Shown: positions 19,939 through 32,854 of the stretch, in pieces
How the letters are laid out: each line of letters begins with the position of its first letter
Numbering within the stretch: the stretch's first letter is position 1
NCBI GenBank assembly: GCA_040954595.2
Contig: CM082586.2
Coordinates: 7,099,337-7,163,336, forward strand
Reading direction: 5' to 3'
DNA: 64,000 nt
Origin: Balanoglossus misakiensis
Lineage: Eukaryota; Animalia; Hemichordata
Notes under the pieces: generated by a model
Seen by the model: the letters and a program-made list of their open reading frames with translations, nothing else
Told to the model about the DNA's origin: nothing
The model's database searches: none
Program-made: the position numbers and the translations under genes

Positions 19939-22900
19939 ATAATACTATGAATGAAATGCTTGATATGAAGTAAAAATGAAAATAAAAAGTATGGTGTTCA
20001 CACACGACCAGGCTATTTCATTGGCCATGTAGAAATTACGTTTCATCTTCATGTTTATAACAGACGTTGGACCTGATACTAGTATCACATGACCAAAAGT
20101 TTTTACAGGATTCATAGAATAATAAGTCTGTCAAAATTCAAGGAACTGCCTGGATAATGTTATTTGAAAGTCTTGAAACAGCACACAAGGAAAACAAGTG
20201 TGATATCAACATTGTGAAAGATTGTGTTACAAATAGCATTAGGTGCAAAATATCTTCTTTTTGTGTGGATAATTCAAGTTGACATTCATGGTGTTTGGGG
20301 AAACAATTTTGCTACAACACATAGGGCAAATAAATTTCCCAGGATTCATTTTATAGACGTTGGAGGCTTTTCCAGTGACATAAAACCCTGAAAATCAGCA
20401 GGTTTCAAAAATCACATCTAAACATTTTTTTGTGATATTAAAAGCATTGCTGAGAAAAACACAGCAAATACATTTAACCAGGACCGTCATTTAACATACC
20501 AAGTTTCACAAACTGAAACATCTGTTGGAATTTCATACACTGTATTGAACAATTTCCTTTATTTCAAATGTATGCAATTTCGCCTTGTAAGTTATTCAAT
20601 TTAGTTTCTACGGGAAATGAGGAAAAGGAAAATACTTGCAGAGAAGGTGTGTATTTAATGTATTCTTACGCAGGGTTGAACCCATAAACATCTGTATGGC
20701 AGGAGTCTACTGCTGTTGTGTTTATTACTGTTGTTGTATCTGTGAGCTTGCAGTACAACTTTAGCAGGAACTCAGAAAAATGTGTACTTAAACTAAACTG
20801 AACGAATGAACAAACAAACAGACAAACACACACACATATAAAACAAAACAGCACAAAAACAAAACAATCTCAAAAGAAAGTGATTTTGTCCCTTTCAAGT
20901 AATGCAATAAAATAAAACCATGGAATTTTCTACTCCCAACTCCTCAAGTAAGGGTGGATTTACAGAGAGTATCGGTTCTTAACCTTATTCATTTCATACA
21001 CATGATTGCCCGAGCTCGAGGTACAAATGACACACACTCGGGCAAAATACACCCATGGATGCCTATATGATTGATTCAATTTGGAGAATCTATTTACCAA
21101 CAACATGATTGCACGTTTCCATCACAATTGCATTTTTTTACATGTAAGTGTATCAAAAATTCAACCCATACTACTAAGAAACATTTTAAATTTTTTTGCT
21201 GATTATAATCAAAAGAGAAATATTATCTCTTTGATGTAGATTATAATCAAGGGTGATGTATTTCCAAAAGCGTTACTTTTTCTGTATTACAGATAAGTGT
21301 AAATTTGACAGATTTATGAAATTACTAATTTCACAAAATCATGGAAGTCGCATGTATTTACAAAAAAGTGGGTAAATGCAATGCTGTTATGAAGAGAACA
21401 TCAAAATTCAACAGAACAGATTTCCCCTAACATGGCATGTTAATTAGAACGGTGTATGAAAGTTTGTCAGTGTTTTTTCGTTTAAAAAATTCTGGAGTAT
21501 AGCCAAATTATCATAAGAATGATTTTGATAAATTGATAATAATTGCTTTTCAAATTCTACTAATGCTTTTTACACCGTTCTGTCCCACAGCTGTACTTAC
21601 AGCATAACATTTTACATAGGTGCTTGTGTGAGAGAGACCTGCCATAGGGAAAATGCCACAGATCTGAAATGGTGTCTTTACATAATTTTGTATCAAAAAT
21701 GTAAAAATTGGGATATTTTGAAAGTGCTGAGACTTTTTTTTTCTGAGTGGTTGGTGTTCATGTATTCACATTGTGCCAGTGTATTGTATATTTTTGTTTT
21801 CAAATATTACAGGGATGAGGTGGCTGGGATCCATACTTAATCTCCAGCCTCCTGATGGCGCTGTGTACGCGGCAGACAAGGTCCATGTGCGCAAATTTAC
21901 TTAAGTTCCCAGAATTCTCAGAGTTTGGTAGAGGTTTTCCACAAGTACATTTGGTAAAAAATAACATCAGCTACCGTATACTATTTAATTATGTCAATTT
22001 TTTCGGCCTAATCAACTTTTTGTGACAGCATAGGCATCTCAGTCAATGGATCCAGCGCATTCTTGAGTAAATTTCATTTTTCGTGGACTTTCGGGGACTG
22101 GTTTCAAATTCCGGAACATTTCTTGTAGACTGATCACTTGGGGTGCTTGAACACAGGACAGACTTGAGATGGAGACAGCTTTGACTGAATAGTTCAGTCT
22201 TGTCTAGAATATATGCTAACTCTAATGCTGGCACCCCTAACAACTCAGTTTTCAAGAATCCCATCACAATTTGACGGCATAAGCATTTGAGCATCACAGG
22301 GCAATTTTTCAGGGGTACAAAAAGTCTTTCAAATCCAAAGTTCCATTTTTGCAAATCAAGTCATATCAAGAAGGAAGTGTGTACATAAGGGAGATGAATT
22401 TGAATCTTCCCATAACACTGAAAATCGAGAAAACCCATATCTATTATTGTCATTTTTATGAATATGTGCACATGGCTTAGCTGAAAAAATTCAGTGGTCA
22501 AATAAAATCATATTTTCACCATGCTTAATTCTGTGATAAACTTCACTGAATGTTTTTTTCCCCAAAGAAAAACCACTGGTGACAAAATATTTTTTTTTTC
22601 ATTACTATTCTTTTACACTTTAAAAAAAGATAATACAAAAGGCAAATTCCAAAATCTGCAATTAAAAGAAACGACATCAACAGTAATTTCAATTTAACTG
22701 ATCATACATCCATAAATGCTAATGAACCATTGTGCAAATGAGATCATATCCTATTAGCTATCTTTGGCAAGACTTTTTCAAGGCCCTAGTACCTGAAATC
22801 ACGTTAAAAGAGGTACATCACTTTCTCTGAGAACATCCATGATGGTATTTCAAGCACTCCCAATATTAGATGTGACAATCAAATGCATTAACTGTTGTTT

Positions 22901-23405
22901 AATTTAATGACAGTATGTATAATCTTTCAGGAATTTTGCAGAACAGCAGGTGGGTTTACAAATTTTTACAAAAATTCAAGGGCAGGGACCAAATTTCATA
23001 TTGCCATGATCTTCTGGGATTGGATTAAGACTGTAGGATCATAAGGACACCGACAGAACATATTGAACGCTGCACAATTTTCTGTTGGTATGGAGAGGGG
23101 TGATCAAACTGTGGCGTGATTCAATATTCTGCCGACAAGAAGGAACCAATTTGCTCTGTTCCCAGACAATCGAATCACAGACTGGACCCTGGTTCAACAG
23201 CAGACTTCTGGTACCTTTCTTGTAAACTCGAAAAAAACCTTCTCAAGCAGACTGGACCTGCATCCTTGGCCTGTGTGGCAGGAGATGGACCTCTTCAGCC
23301 AAATCTTCACCCCTGCTTGCTATTGGCTCTGTGTATAGTTACGGTTCAACATACAAAAAATTATTGACAGCTTGCCATTAAAGGCCTCCATCTGTTCTCT
23401 GTGTG

Positions 23406-23515
23406 CTATGACCCTGAGTCTGTCGTGTGTTCTTTCTCTGAGTCCTTGTTCTCAGTGGGATTTGCATTGTCTCCGTCTGGACTTGCACATGCAGAATCAG
23501 ACTTCCTTGTGTCAT
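23406..23515 (-). CDS. PKI: PKI last coding exon (acidic tail)
   Basis: Acceptor tttctgcattccag; phase-1 join gives DDTRKSDSACASPDGDNANPTENKDSEKEHTTDSGS*. Total CDS 249 nt, 82 aa. Confidence 0.8.
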
Positions 23516-23626
23516 CTGGAATGCAGAAACCAAATGACGCGAGTGTTACGTATACAAGATTGGTTGGCTCAAACTAATAAACAGTTAGTTTTGACGCAAC
23601 ACAAAAATAAACCAGTACCCCTTTAA

Positions 23627-23711
23627 CCCTTTCACCCCCAGTTCCCTCTTTAGAGGTCCAACCTCACCATAGAAAACAATGGGTGTGGACTGAACCATGG
23701 TGGTGAAAGGG
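23627..23711. mobile_element. 85-bp piggyBac-type MITE, independent insertion in the PKI intron
   Basis: TTAA-CCCTTTCACC...GGTGAAAGGG-TTAA; same family as 6793 but with different flanks. Confidence 0.85.
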
Positions 23712-23981
23712 TTAAAACAGTAAGATCAATATAATTAAATCAAAGCTAAGAGATAATGCTATGTGTTGTGTTTGTAGTTAAGAGTGATAAATAAGGAAGC
23801 TGGATACAAACAAGTCATACTTTTATAGATTTCACAGTATTTCTAGAATAATGGCAATTCCACAGTCACCAAACAACATCTGTATTTCAAATTTCTGGAG
23901 ATGACTTAATTGCTAATTTTCTATCTGAACTCAGAAATTCATTAAATAAATATTGCACATTTGGAGGGAATCCATTCCAAC

Positions 23982-24120
23982 CTATTGAGAGGGCTGCAAT
24001 CTTCACCCTGACTTCTTTATTATCGGTAGGTGGTACATCTAAGATGTCCGGTAAGGCATTACGACGACCAGCCCTGGCTGATGTTTCAAAATCTGTCAGT
24101 GTTTGGGCAACGTCAGCCAT
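23982..24120 (-). CDS. PKI: cAMP-dependent protein kinase inhibitor (PKI), first coding exon
   Basis: MADVAQTLTDFETSARAGRRNALPDI contains the PKA pseudosubstrate F-x2-S-x-R-x-GRRNA. VRVKIAALSI resembles the PKI-alpha export signal LALKLAGLDI. Acceptor ttttgtgtcgtttcag lies 8 nt before the ATG, with an in-frame TAA upstream. Donor G|GTTGG. Confidence 0.93.
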
Positions 24121-24632
24121 TAATTAATCTGAAACGACACAAAAATAAAAGCTCATTACATTTTCAGCAACTCTAAGGTCGCTTCAACAAGGAACGTCCT
24201 GAAGAAAACTGAATAAGTAGTTTTCAAATTCAAGGTTTTTGACGAAAACAGCAAAAATTGCCGCAGAATATAATTAACTTGTATTTACACATAGCTATCT
24301 ATTAATTAAATCAATGCAAACAGTTCTGGTACCTGCAAGAAATTGGAATTCTAAAATTACATAGTGTATAGCTGCACATAGGTTGTGGATACAGAACTTA
24401 AGGAATGAATATAATTCTGCACGTTACAGAAATGGAACTTGGTCGATTAATGTCTGAAGTTAAGAAATGCTACACCAAATAATATCGAAATTGCAGAAAT
24501 TGTATCCCTCTAATTATAATCCTTATTAGACAGTCTAGAGTAAAATTTGTTGAGCTATATAAATCTCTTAAGATGCCCCGAATGAATAGCACTATGAACA
24601 ATGCAAGAAGTTGAGCAACTCACAAATGATAT

Positions 24633-24708
24633 TAGTCTAATATCTAGCCGTATTTTGTCTGCTTTACTTCCAAGCACAGCGGACAAAATACGGCTAGGTA
24701 CTAGACTA
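24633..24708. mobile_element. 76-bp hairpin mini-element, TAGTCTA...TAGACTA family
   Basis: 31-bp inverted arms with 3 mismatches. Confidence 0.7.
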
Positions 24709-27110
24709 AAATGATATATACCTTGGGGGACTTTCCATCATCATGATTAGGAGAAAAACAGCAGCATTAGCGGAACATTTGTTCAATAACACGAAACTGA
24801 CACTTGAGCAAATCCAGTAATTGCCTGCTTACAACATTGTGCCAAAAAAACTATCAAAGAAATAAAGCGATGGCCTGCATACAGCACACAAGTTTCTCTT
24901 ATCGTAAAGCTTAGATTAGATTCCTCTCTCACTGGGTAAGATATAATTGCTGATAATGATTTCAAATGAAGCTATTTGTTATTTCCACTAACGATAATTA
25001 GTGATAACTCATGAATGTCCATGCAGTCATTCTGCACTCACTAATTCTCTCTGCTAGGATGCTGATCAATAAATCAATTTTTCCTTTTCCCCAAAATGCA
25101 CTTTTCAGATTGTATCTGCATGGTTAAAACAAGCCTAATATATTAATTGGCACTTCTAGGACTCGGATAGATATGCTGCTGGCAAGCTGTACCAAAATAC
25201 ACCCACATAGCCCTTGGGCTATAGTCATTATATTGCTTCATCTCAGTACAAAGCGAGACCGTGAAAGAACATAAATTTCATTATAATGTATTCTGAGGCT
25301 TGGAACATGTGACTGTTATTTGTTGTGTTAAACCATAAATATTCAGGGATGCTAAAGAAATATGACCGGAAACACCAGAGGTAATATTTCATTAAACCAG
25401 TCCCAAAATATCAGCACTTTCAAAATAATTGCAGGTGTATTTCAGAGCAACATATCAGAACTTCACTGTTCACAATTATGACACCATGATAGAATTAGAA
25501 ATGGATTTATGCCACTACGCACAGAGACAAAAAATTTTAGATTATAATACCCCAAGTATTTCATTAGTTTGGTGGAAATGAAACAAACCTAAATATAACT
25601 TCATTATCATTGACAGTTTGAACTTTCATAACAGACACTAACATTCGGTTGGGTTGCTGCCCAGAATGGAGGACAAACTCAGCCATACATACATCCTACT
25701 AACACAGGACTGTCACCCGACTGACTCTTTTGTATGAAATCTGCCAACTATGTGCGAAAATTTGTCTTTTTCTCACCACCCAGATACAAATTAAATATAT
25801 TACATAAGATTTTAATAACCATCAGTATGTATGTGTGGGCGTTCGTACAACTCCCACACATCAAGTTATTACGGTCTGAGTCAGAAAAGACGGACAATAT
25901 CATCAAAATGTATAATACATTTTGAAATGCCCTGAAGGACAAAGCCTGAATTCAATAAAAGCATTAACAATGGAACATGTTTAAAAATGCATTTCCCGCA
26001 TCAGTGTACAGAATTTGTATTTTCTGATAAAACACTGCGGTACCTTTCATTATCTTATTTTAAAAAAAATTACTCTGATTTCATCATTACAGGAAAAATT
26101 AACAAGCTTTAGACGTTTTTCGGTAATATTTCTATTACCATCATTGTTGTATTAGTTTCAAAATAGACAATTACTGTAAATTCAGTTACTGTAAATTCAG
26201 GTGGTTTTATTATTCAACCTGCAGTGCTAAAACACTGCACAACTGAGTTACAATGTTGTTCTATATAGATAAAATATGGGTGACACATAGTGTTTCTGGA
26301 TGTAAGTCTTTTGGCTGGGTGATAATTCATTTGCTCAACTCACTTCACAACAGGTGGCCATTTTTTTTAGTATGAAACAATGAATATTCAGTAAAGGAAG
26401 GTATGCAATAATAGGCTTGTAAACAAAATATAGCTGTGTGTGCACATGTATATAACGGCTATGTATGAAGATGGCAAAGTTTTGGACTTGACTAGTACCG
26501 GTATGTATTTTGTGAATTATAAATATGCCATAAACTTTCTCTTCTATATATGCATGATGAAGATATAATTATATGCATTGGTTATACATGTACGGTATCG
26601 GCAAATACTTAAACACAATTAAGAATTATTCAATTTTCTAAGAATGTTGTATAACAGACAACACCTACTCCTGATTGAAATGCTCGTTTGATTTTGTTCT
26701 CAAGGGGTGTGACTTAATCATCCTGCATTCAGAACTGTCTGCAAACTGTCTGGTGCCATAAATGTGTGATAAACCATCCACAATACTGAAATATTGATTC
26801 GCTATGATGCCATCCTAACAATAGGGTAATGAATGGGATTACCACCATCAATCTGCACTAGGGTACACGTCTGAAGTGAAAGCATGACTCGCAAGGAGAA
26901 CTATCCCACCAGATCATTTCCATTATGATATACATGTACCAGTAGGTAAACAATTGCAGAACATTGACACTTTTAGCCCCACTGCAAATGTCGGTGTTCA
27001 ACATGATATGTCACACAAAAATATGAATTTTCCATTAACAGTGAAACAACTTTTAGTGGGAAGCATTGAACATTTCGCAAAACCATACTAGTCACTTACA
27101 AAAAGACAAA

Positions 27111-27241
27111 TAGGATTCCTGTAAGAAATGGTCTGATTGGAGTCCTATACGATATAAAACATGTATGATTCCAATTGGGTTTCGGAAAATGCTGGTATCT
27201 CAAGTTATAGGGCAGTAATCGTTTTTGCTACAGGAATCCTA
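27111..27241. repeat. Short inverted-repeat element
   Basis: TAGGATTCCTGTA ... TACAGGAATCCTA. Confidence 0.4.
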
Positions 27242-27380
27242 TAGGAACCTTACAGTAATAACATATGTAGTTTTAGTGCCACAGATCCATATGTTTTTTG
27301 CCTCCCCAAGTGAAAACCATACAGCTAAGCATAAGACTAAATTGCATTATTCTACTTTAGCACATATAATCACAGATGGT

Positions 27381-27476
27381 AAATTTCACTGAGCAAAACT
27401 AAAAATCGTACAGGCCTATAATCTGATGATAAACTTCACTGAGCAAAACTAAAAATCATACAGGCCTATAATCTGA
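27381..27476. repeat. 50-bp tandem duplication
   Basis: AAA(T/C)TTCACTGAGCAAAACTAAAAATC(G/A)TACAGGCCTATAATCTGA occurs twice. Confidence 0.9.
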
Positions 27477-27513
27477 ATCACTTCATGTAAGCTAGACCAG
27501 TGACGTATTCATT

Positions 27514-27666
27514 ACAAACTCTGATCACATCCACTTGAAGAATGAGAATTTCATTATCTTGGACAAACTCTCTGTGGAGACAACACTGAACACTAGCAGA
27601 CTGATCAGGTTGAATCTGGAATTGGAGAAGTGACCTACACAGGCCAACCTCATCAGAGACGGCAAA
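27514..27666 (+). mobile_element. Possible ancient Penelope endonuclease C-terminal relic
   Basis: One frame reads SDHIHLKNENFIILDK...RLIR...*PTQANLIRDG, resembling the ENxKILDK...PxLNRDxG tail of PLE GIY-YIG domains. Confidence 0.3.
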
Positions 27667-30537
27667 ATATTTAATGTGCATCCCCAATCTCATCGGAGGA
27701 AAAGATGCTCATATGATACAAATGAACTGATACCAATCCTTGAGGATGTCTCAAACATTGCACCATCTACGCGTGCAACGTGATAATTATGCAGTTGCCG
27801 GTCTTCAGAATAGATGATGAGAGTTTCCCGATAAAATTGACATGCAGACTGATTCTCATATGATTTGTCTGTAATTGGGGTCAAATTCTAACTTTTCTGC
27901 ACAAAATTGTGTGGGTGAGATATTACATTCAGTAATGAGTATAATACATGTACGGTACACAATATACATGTGTCTTACACTGAATATATCATTAGCACAA
28001 GTATGTTTGTCTGATGAGCTAAAATCGTCAGATAGTCAATTGCTTTTGATTCAGATTTGATTATGAAGTTCACAGTACTATAAAAACCATATGTTTGAAG
28101 CCATTGCACTTTCAGTAAAAAATGCACAATGTACGACAAAAGCAGTTTTCAATCCCTGAGTATTGCATTAATAGTATGGTGTTGATATAGAATGCACAAA
28201 TGCTTACAGTGGTATTAAATGCTTTGTTTTCCACTGACATAAATTTATCAGGTAAATTAGTTTCCAATTGCTTTTTAGGGAAAGCTATGTAACTAATAAT
28301 CTATCAAACAAAATCAATTAACTTCCTCAAAAATCAACATGTTTTTTTTTTACAGAATTCTCTGTGTGATACACCACTTGGATAAAGGTTACAGGTTTCA
28401 ACTTCTGAATGATATTGCTGACTGTTATCACGTTACCATGGTACAAGTATCAATTCTGTGCAAGTCTGACAACTTGATAAGACTATCTATTATTTCTGAG
28501 TCACGTTTCTATATGTTTTCGTCGCATTAGTGATATCCTTAACATGACAGTACTGCATACACCAACTGATAGACTTCTTCGAGAGGGCAATCGAACATTT
28601 TCAGCTGAGCAGAAAAAATATATCAATATTGATGGTTTAAATTCTGCCCTCTTTTTGGTGATTGACAATTGTCAATGACATAAAATTATCCGTGAAACGT
28701 GTGCTGGTAATTGCCATATTAGTGATATCATAACTTTGGTTTAAAACAATTATCCACAAGAAGTCATTCAGACTATGCAAGTTACCTCATTAGATAGTTC
28801 ACAGGTTCTAGGAATATACCTCAATTAAAAGACAACTTAATCAATATACCGGTACCTATACTTGTTTAAAAATTAAGTTATAATTATTACCAATAAGATA
28901 CTCAAGATAGAATATTATCTTTTCCTGACAATCTCCAGCAAATCTCCTGTATTATGTTATAGTGTGTCTCTTTCACCACATCATTCACTACTTAACAGTA
29001 TAACCCTACAGAACACAAACAGCTAATATGTCACACTCATGTTTTATACCCTGTTGTTTATGGAGCGAGTTCGCCTCAAGGTTATAGTAATGGCCCAGTC
29101 AGTAAAACGGGGTCTGCAGGCTATAAACCATTTTCATTGATTCTATTCTGAGTGTATATCCTTACAATCGACGAACCATTCTCTGATGGTGCTTGAGTGC
29201 ACTGAACGGGATTAAGAGACCAATAAAAATCCCATATTGCACGAGTTACAGATCGTAACTTTAACCCAGAACAGGGTAGCATGTGATAGTCTTAGCATCT
29301 AGGGTATACCCCCAGTTGTGATGGTCTCGCTGTCAATTGAATAAAGCCTGGGGCACAACCCGATAAAAGCACCTTACAGTAGACGTATACTACAATCTAT
29401 AAAACTAAGAGAGGGGACTGTAAAAGCCATTGAGACATCTGAATAGGAATGCCCTGTCAAGAAGTCCACAATGTAACTGCCAGCACTAAAAGCTTTCTTT
29501 ATGTCTGCATTCGACCCTAACCATTACATGTTGACACAGAGCCCTAGTATACATCAATATGTCAAGCTATTTTTACTGAAAGGATGTTAACAATTAAATT
29601 TTTATACAACGGAAATTTAAGTCTGTTTTTTTTTGTACTTGAACATGTACTGGTAGATGTAAAATACTTGAATGGTATAGAGACTTAAAATTCATTTCTA
29701 GTGACGGAGAAAAAAACTAAGTAATACTTAATATTTCATCTTAAATCGCATGTTAATTTACTGGTACAAGTTTCAGTTGGTGCAACTTATCCACTGGACA
29801 TTATGTGCATTAACTTTAAGAATATCACTCAATCATGAATAATAACTCTATGATGTATAACACTGCTTGTTTGACTGTCTTGATTAATTATCTTCAAACA
29901 CCTTACATTGGATAGTTGTAAATTTGGACTGCTAAGAGTGCTTATATGTATGACTTCTGCATCTCACAATTGCACTACTCTTTATATGAATATTCTGGTT
30001 GTCTTCGCTTTCAATAATTGTGTTCTATAATTTTCATCCATGCAAACTAGTATTAAGTCAATATGAGTGAGTACAGCAAGTAGTACCTGCTTTCAAAACA
30101 CTGACCTTTGTGGGTAAGAGAGTGAATCCATTACATAAAGAATCAAGCTCATTTATATGCCATTAAAGTTGTGACATTAGCCGCATCATTTGAAGTAAGG
30201 TTTAAAGCCTGTGTAATGGTGTAAAACAAGTCACATTAACCTCCTTTCACAGGCTTCAAATGTCCATTAAGACAATTGTAGTATTCCTGCAGCAAGTGGC
30301 TTTGAGAAAAATAACATCTTACACATCAGGCCTGAAGGCCAAGTCTGCCATCTTTCCCTTAGGGGCTGATTGATTGATTGATAGACAGACATGGCAACCC
30401 TGGACCCGCTGCTACAGACATGCAAAGACACACCTGTGTTACTAGGTTTTCTGTGTCAGGGGTGAAGGCAGCCATGAATCCAATTTCTGCAGTCGTGTGG
30501 ACAGCACACAGCTACACGATAAAGCTCTACAAATCTA

Positions 30538-30743
30538 CTGTAAAACACTTTATTTTCGCGAGTTAAAATTTTCGCGATATCGAGAGAGGCCACTGTTTCG
30601 CGAGTATTAATTTTTGCGCTCTCTTATTTCATTCACTGCATCGTTATCTTCAAAAAAATTACGCTACTTTTTATTTTCACGCTATTTTGGCTCTCGCGTA
30701 TTTCGCAAAAATTTATTGCTCGCGAAAATAAAGTGTTTTACAG
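30538..30743. mobile_element. TA-flanked MITE (Tc1/mariner-like)
   Basis: TA-CTGTAAAACACTTTATTTTCGCGAG...CTCGCGAAAATAAAGTGTTTTACAG-TA, with internal TTTCGCGA repeats. Confidence 0.9.
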
Positions 30744-31235
30744 TATTAAGGCAGCAGCAGCCAGGTTTTCAATTACCTTTCTTAGTGCCGGCTTCAAAGT
30801 TCAATATGTGTGAGAGTCATAAGGAGGCAGGTACATGTAGTGATTGAGATTCCACCTGTGATGCAGATGACAAAGATTAACTCCATTAGTATGCAGACAA
30901 GAAAATCCAATCAAATTCTATTTTTAGTGATCGAGGCAGCTTGCAAGTTTAATTCCAGAGAGAAGTGGAAATGTTGGAAAATTCAATTTCCTGTTATGAC
31001 TCACACATCTTCCGTGGAATACCTAATATTTCATAACAACTTTTGTACATTATCTCCAAATTTAAATTCTTCTATTTTTTGCACACTTAATGTGCAGTAT
31101 GAATTTATTTTCTATTTTTTAGTCAATAACATCCCCTAGGGCACATGGCTAACTACTTAAAATATGTCAGGAAAACAGTCTTTAGAAGAATTTGGCAAAA
31201 AAATTCTAGGTTGCATGCATGTATATCTCTTAGCC

Positions 31236-31346
31236 ATGCACACACACATACAAACATACATGTACATATGTACATACACACACCTCCATACATCATACAT
31301 ATAACATACATACATGTACCGGTACATGCACACACAAACACACACT
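31236..31346. repeat. Degenerate (CA)n/(TACA)n microsatellite
   Basis: Direct inspection. Confidence 0.85.
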
Positions 31347-32805
31347 CAGACTATTAACAGATGGATATTAATAGATCAACAATTACAACTTGAAAATATA
31401 AAGGATGATTCAAGAGAAAAAAACTAAGTCTTCTTCGTCATTCTTATTTTAAAATCAAAAGGAAATCCTGCTAAGACTTTTTGAACAACCGATGGCTGCC
31501 TAGGAAACAGTATAAATGTTTTAAATTATATTGATTGAGCTGCCTAACCAAATTGAAAGGAGCATTTCAGCTGCACCGATCTTATTAGAATGAATTCCTA
31601 TATTCTGGAGGGCAGGGCTATTGATAACCAGCAGGCTGCTTCACAAGTTATGAGTTTAATGCATTAAATTAAATTAGAGTTAAATTCAAGTGATTAATTT
31701 GCAGCTAAAAATACACGATTATAACTCTACTTTGGCCATCTGACCCCGAGACCTAAATTCCAGATCCTATTTTTGGTTTATAGCAATGATAAATGACACA
31801 ACTCGGTGTATAAGGTAATGCAGCAAAACCCAGGTCAACTGAATTACATTATTCTGAATTCTTATTGCCAAATTGCTAAATTCAATAAAATAGGTTATTC
31901 ACCCAGTATTCTATGTATGTGTTAATGAGACCCAATAAACCGCTTACAATTTGTCCCTCAGTGTCTGAACGAAATAAATAGTATGAGTAATATGAAAATA
32001 ATAATAGTTAACATTTAGTCATGATTCAGAGTCAGATGGTACATGTCAACATCATTGCGCAAAGTAACATTTAGGGGAGAGGGCAGAGGAAAACTGAAAT
32101 ATAGATAAAATGTGTGAAATATTAAGTTGATACATATACGGTATATGTGCAATAATTATAAAAAAGCTATTTTGAATAATTTCTTTAACTGCAAGTTATG
32201 TCCAACTGTCTCCAAAAATTGCCATGGTATTACTGTCACATGTGATGTTCCAAATATAGCTACCTTGACAGCTAAGTTGGATTTCCAGGTACCATTTTCA
32301 AATGACACGTTATTAAATTTTTAATCAGTCTGTGATTGATGCTCATATGTAAGGAAGTCATTTTTTATGGACAGAAGTGAAATCATAATGTGCGTCAGTA
32401 ACACCTGCAGCCAACCAACAGCTTTCACAACTATCAATTTGCGACACAGCTGAACGTCCGTGGTCGGAAATTACAGGTCTTTGAAATGTGTCTTGTGCTA
32501 GATACATGTCAGGCATCTCTGATACCTCGCGTGACAACAACACAAAATATCCCTAAAACTTTGACGGAGCTAAACCGGGTACCATGCATGTGAAAAGTTT
32601 CCGCATATATGTGTGTATATCCTTCTCTGGAAACTTTACCTCACTCTTGCCCTGCACTGAATAAAAAAGGTGAAATGTAACTGTACAGGTATCGCAGTTT
32701 AATGGGATTTCTGCATAAAATATAATTTACACACTGTCATATCCAGCACACGGCATAATTCGCATTTGTTCCCACACAGGGAAAGAAAAAATGACTTGCC
32801 ATACC

Positions 32806-32854
32806 TTGAAGGGCAATGTAACTTCTGACTATTTTTTCAGTATTTTTTGTTTTG
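32806..32854 (+). mobile_element. Terminal remnant of an AAGGG-starting (Kolobok-like) family
   Basis: AAGGGCAATGTAACTTCTGACTATTTTTTCAGTATTTTTTGTTTTGT resembles the reverse complement of 62414-62469. Confidence 0.4.

Noticed and set aside
23887-23981. C-terminal 31 aa of the 77-aa ORF-track PKI protein
   Set aside because: Intron read-through past a GT donor; the spliced acidic tail fits PKI better.
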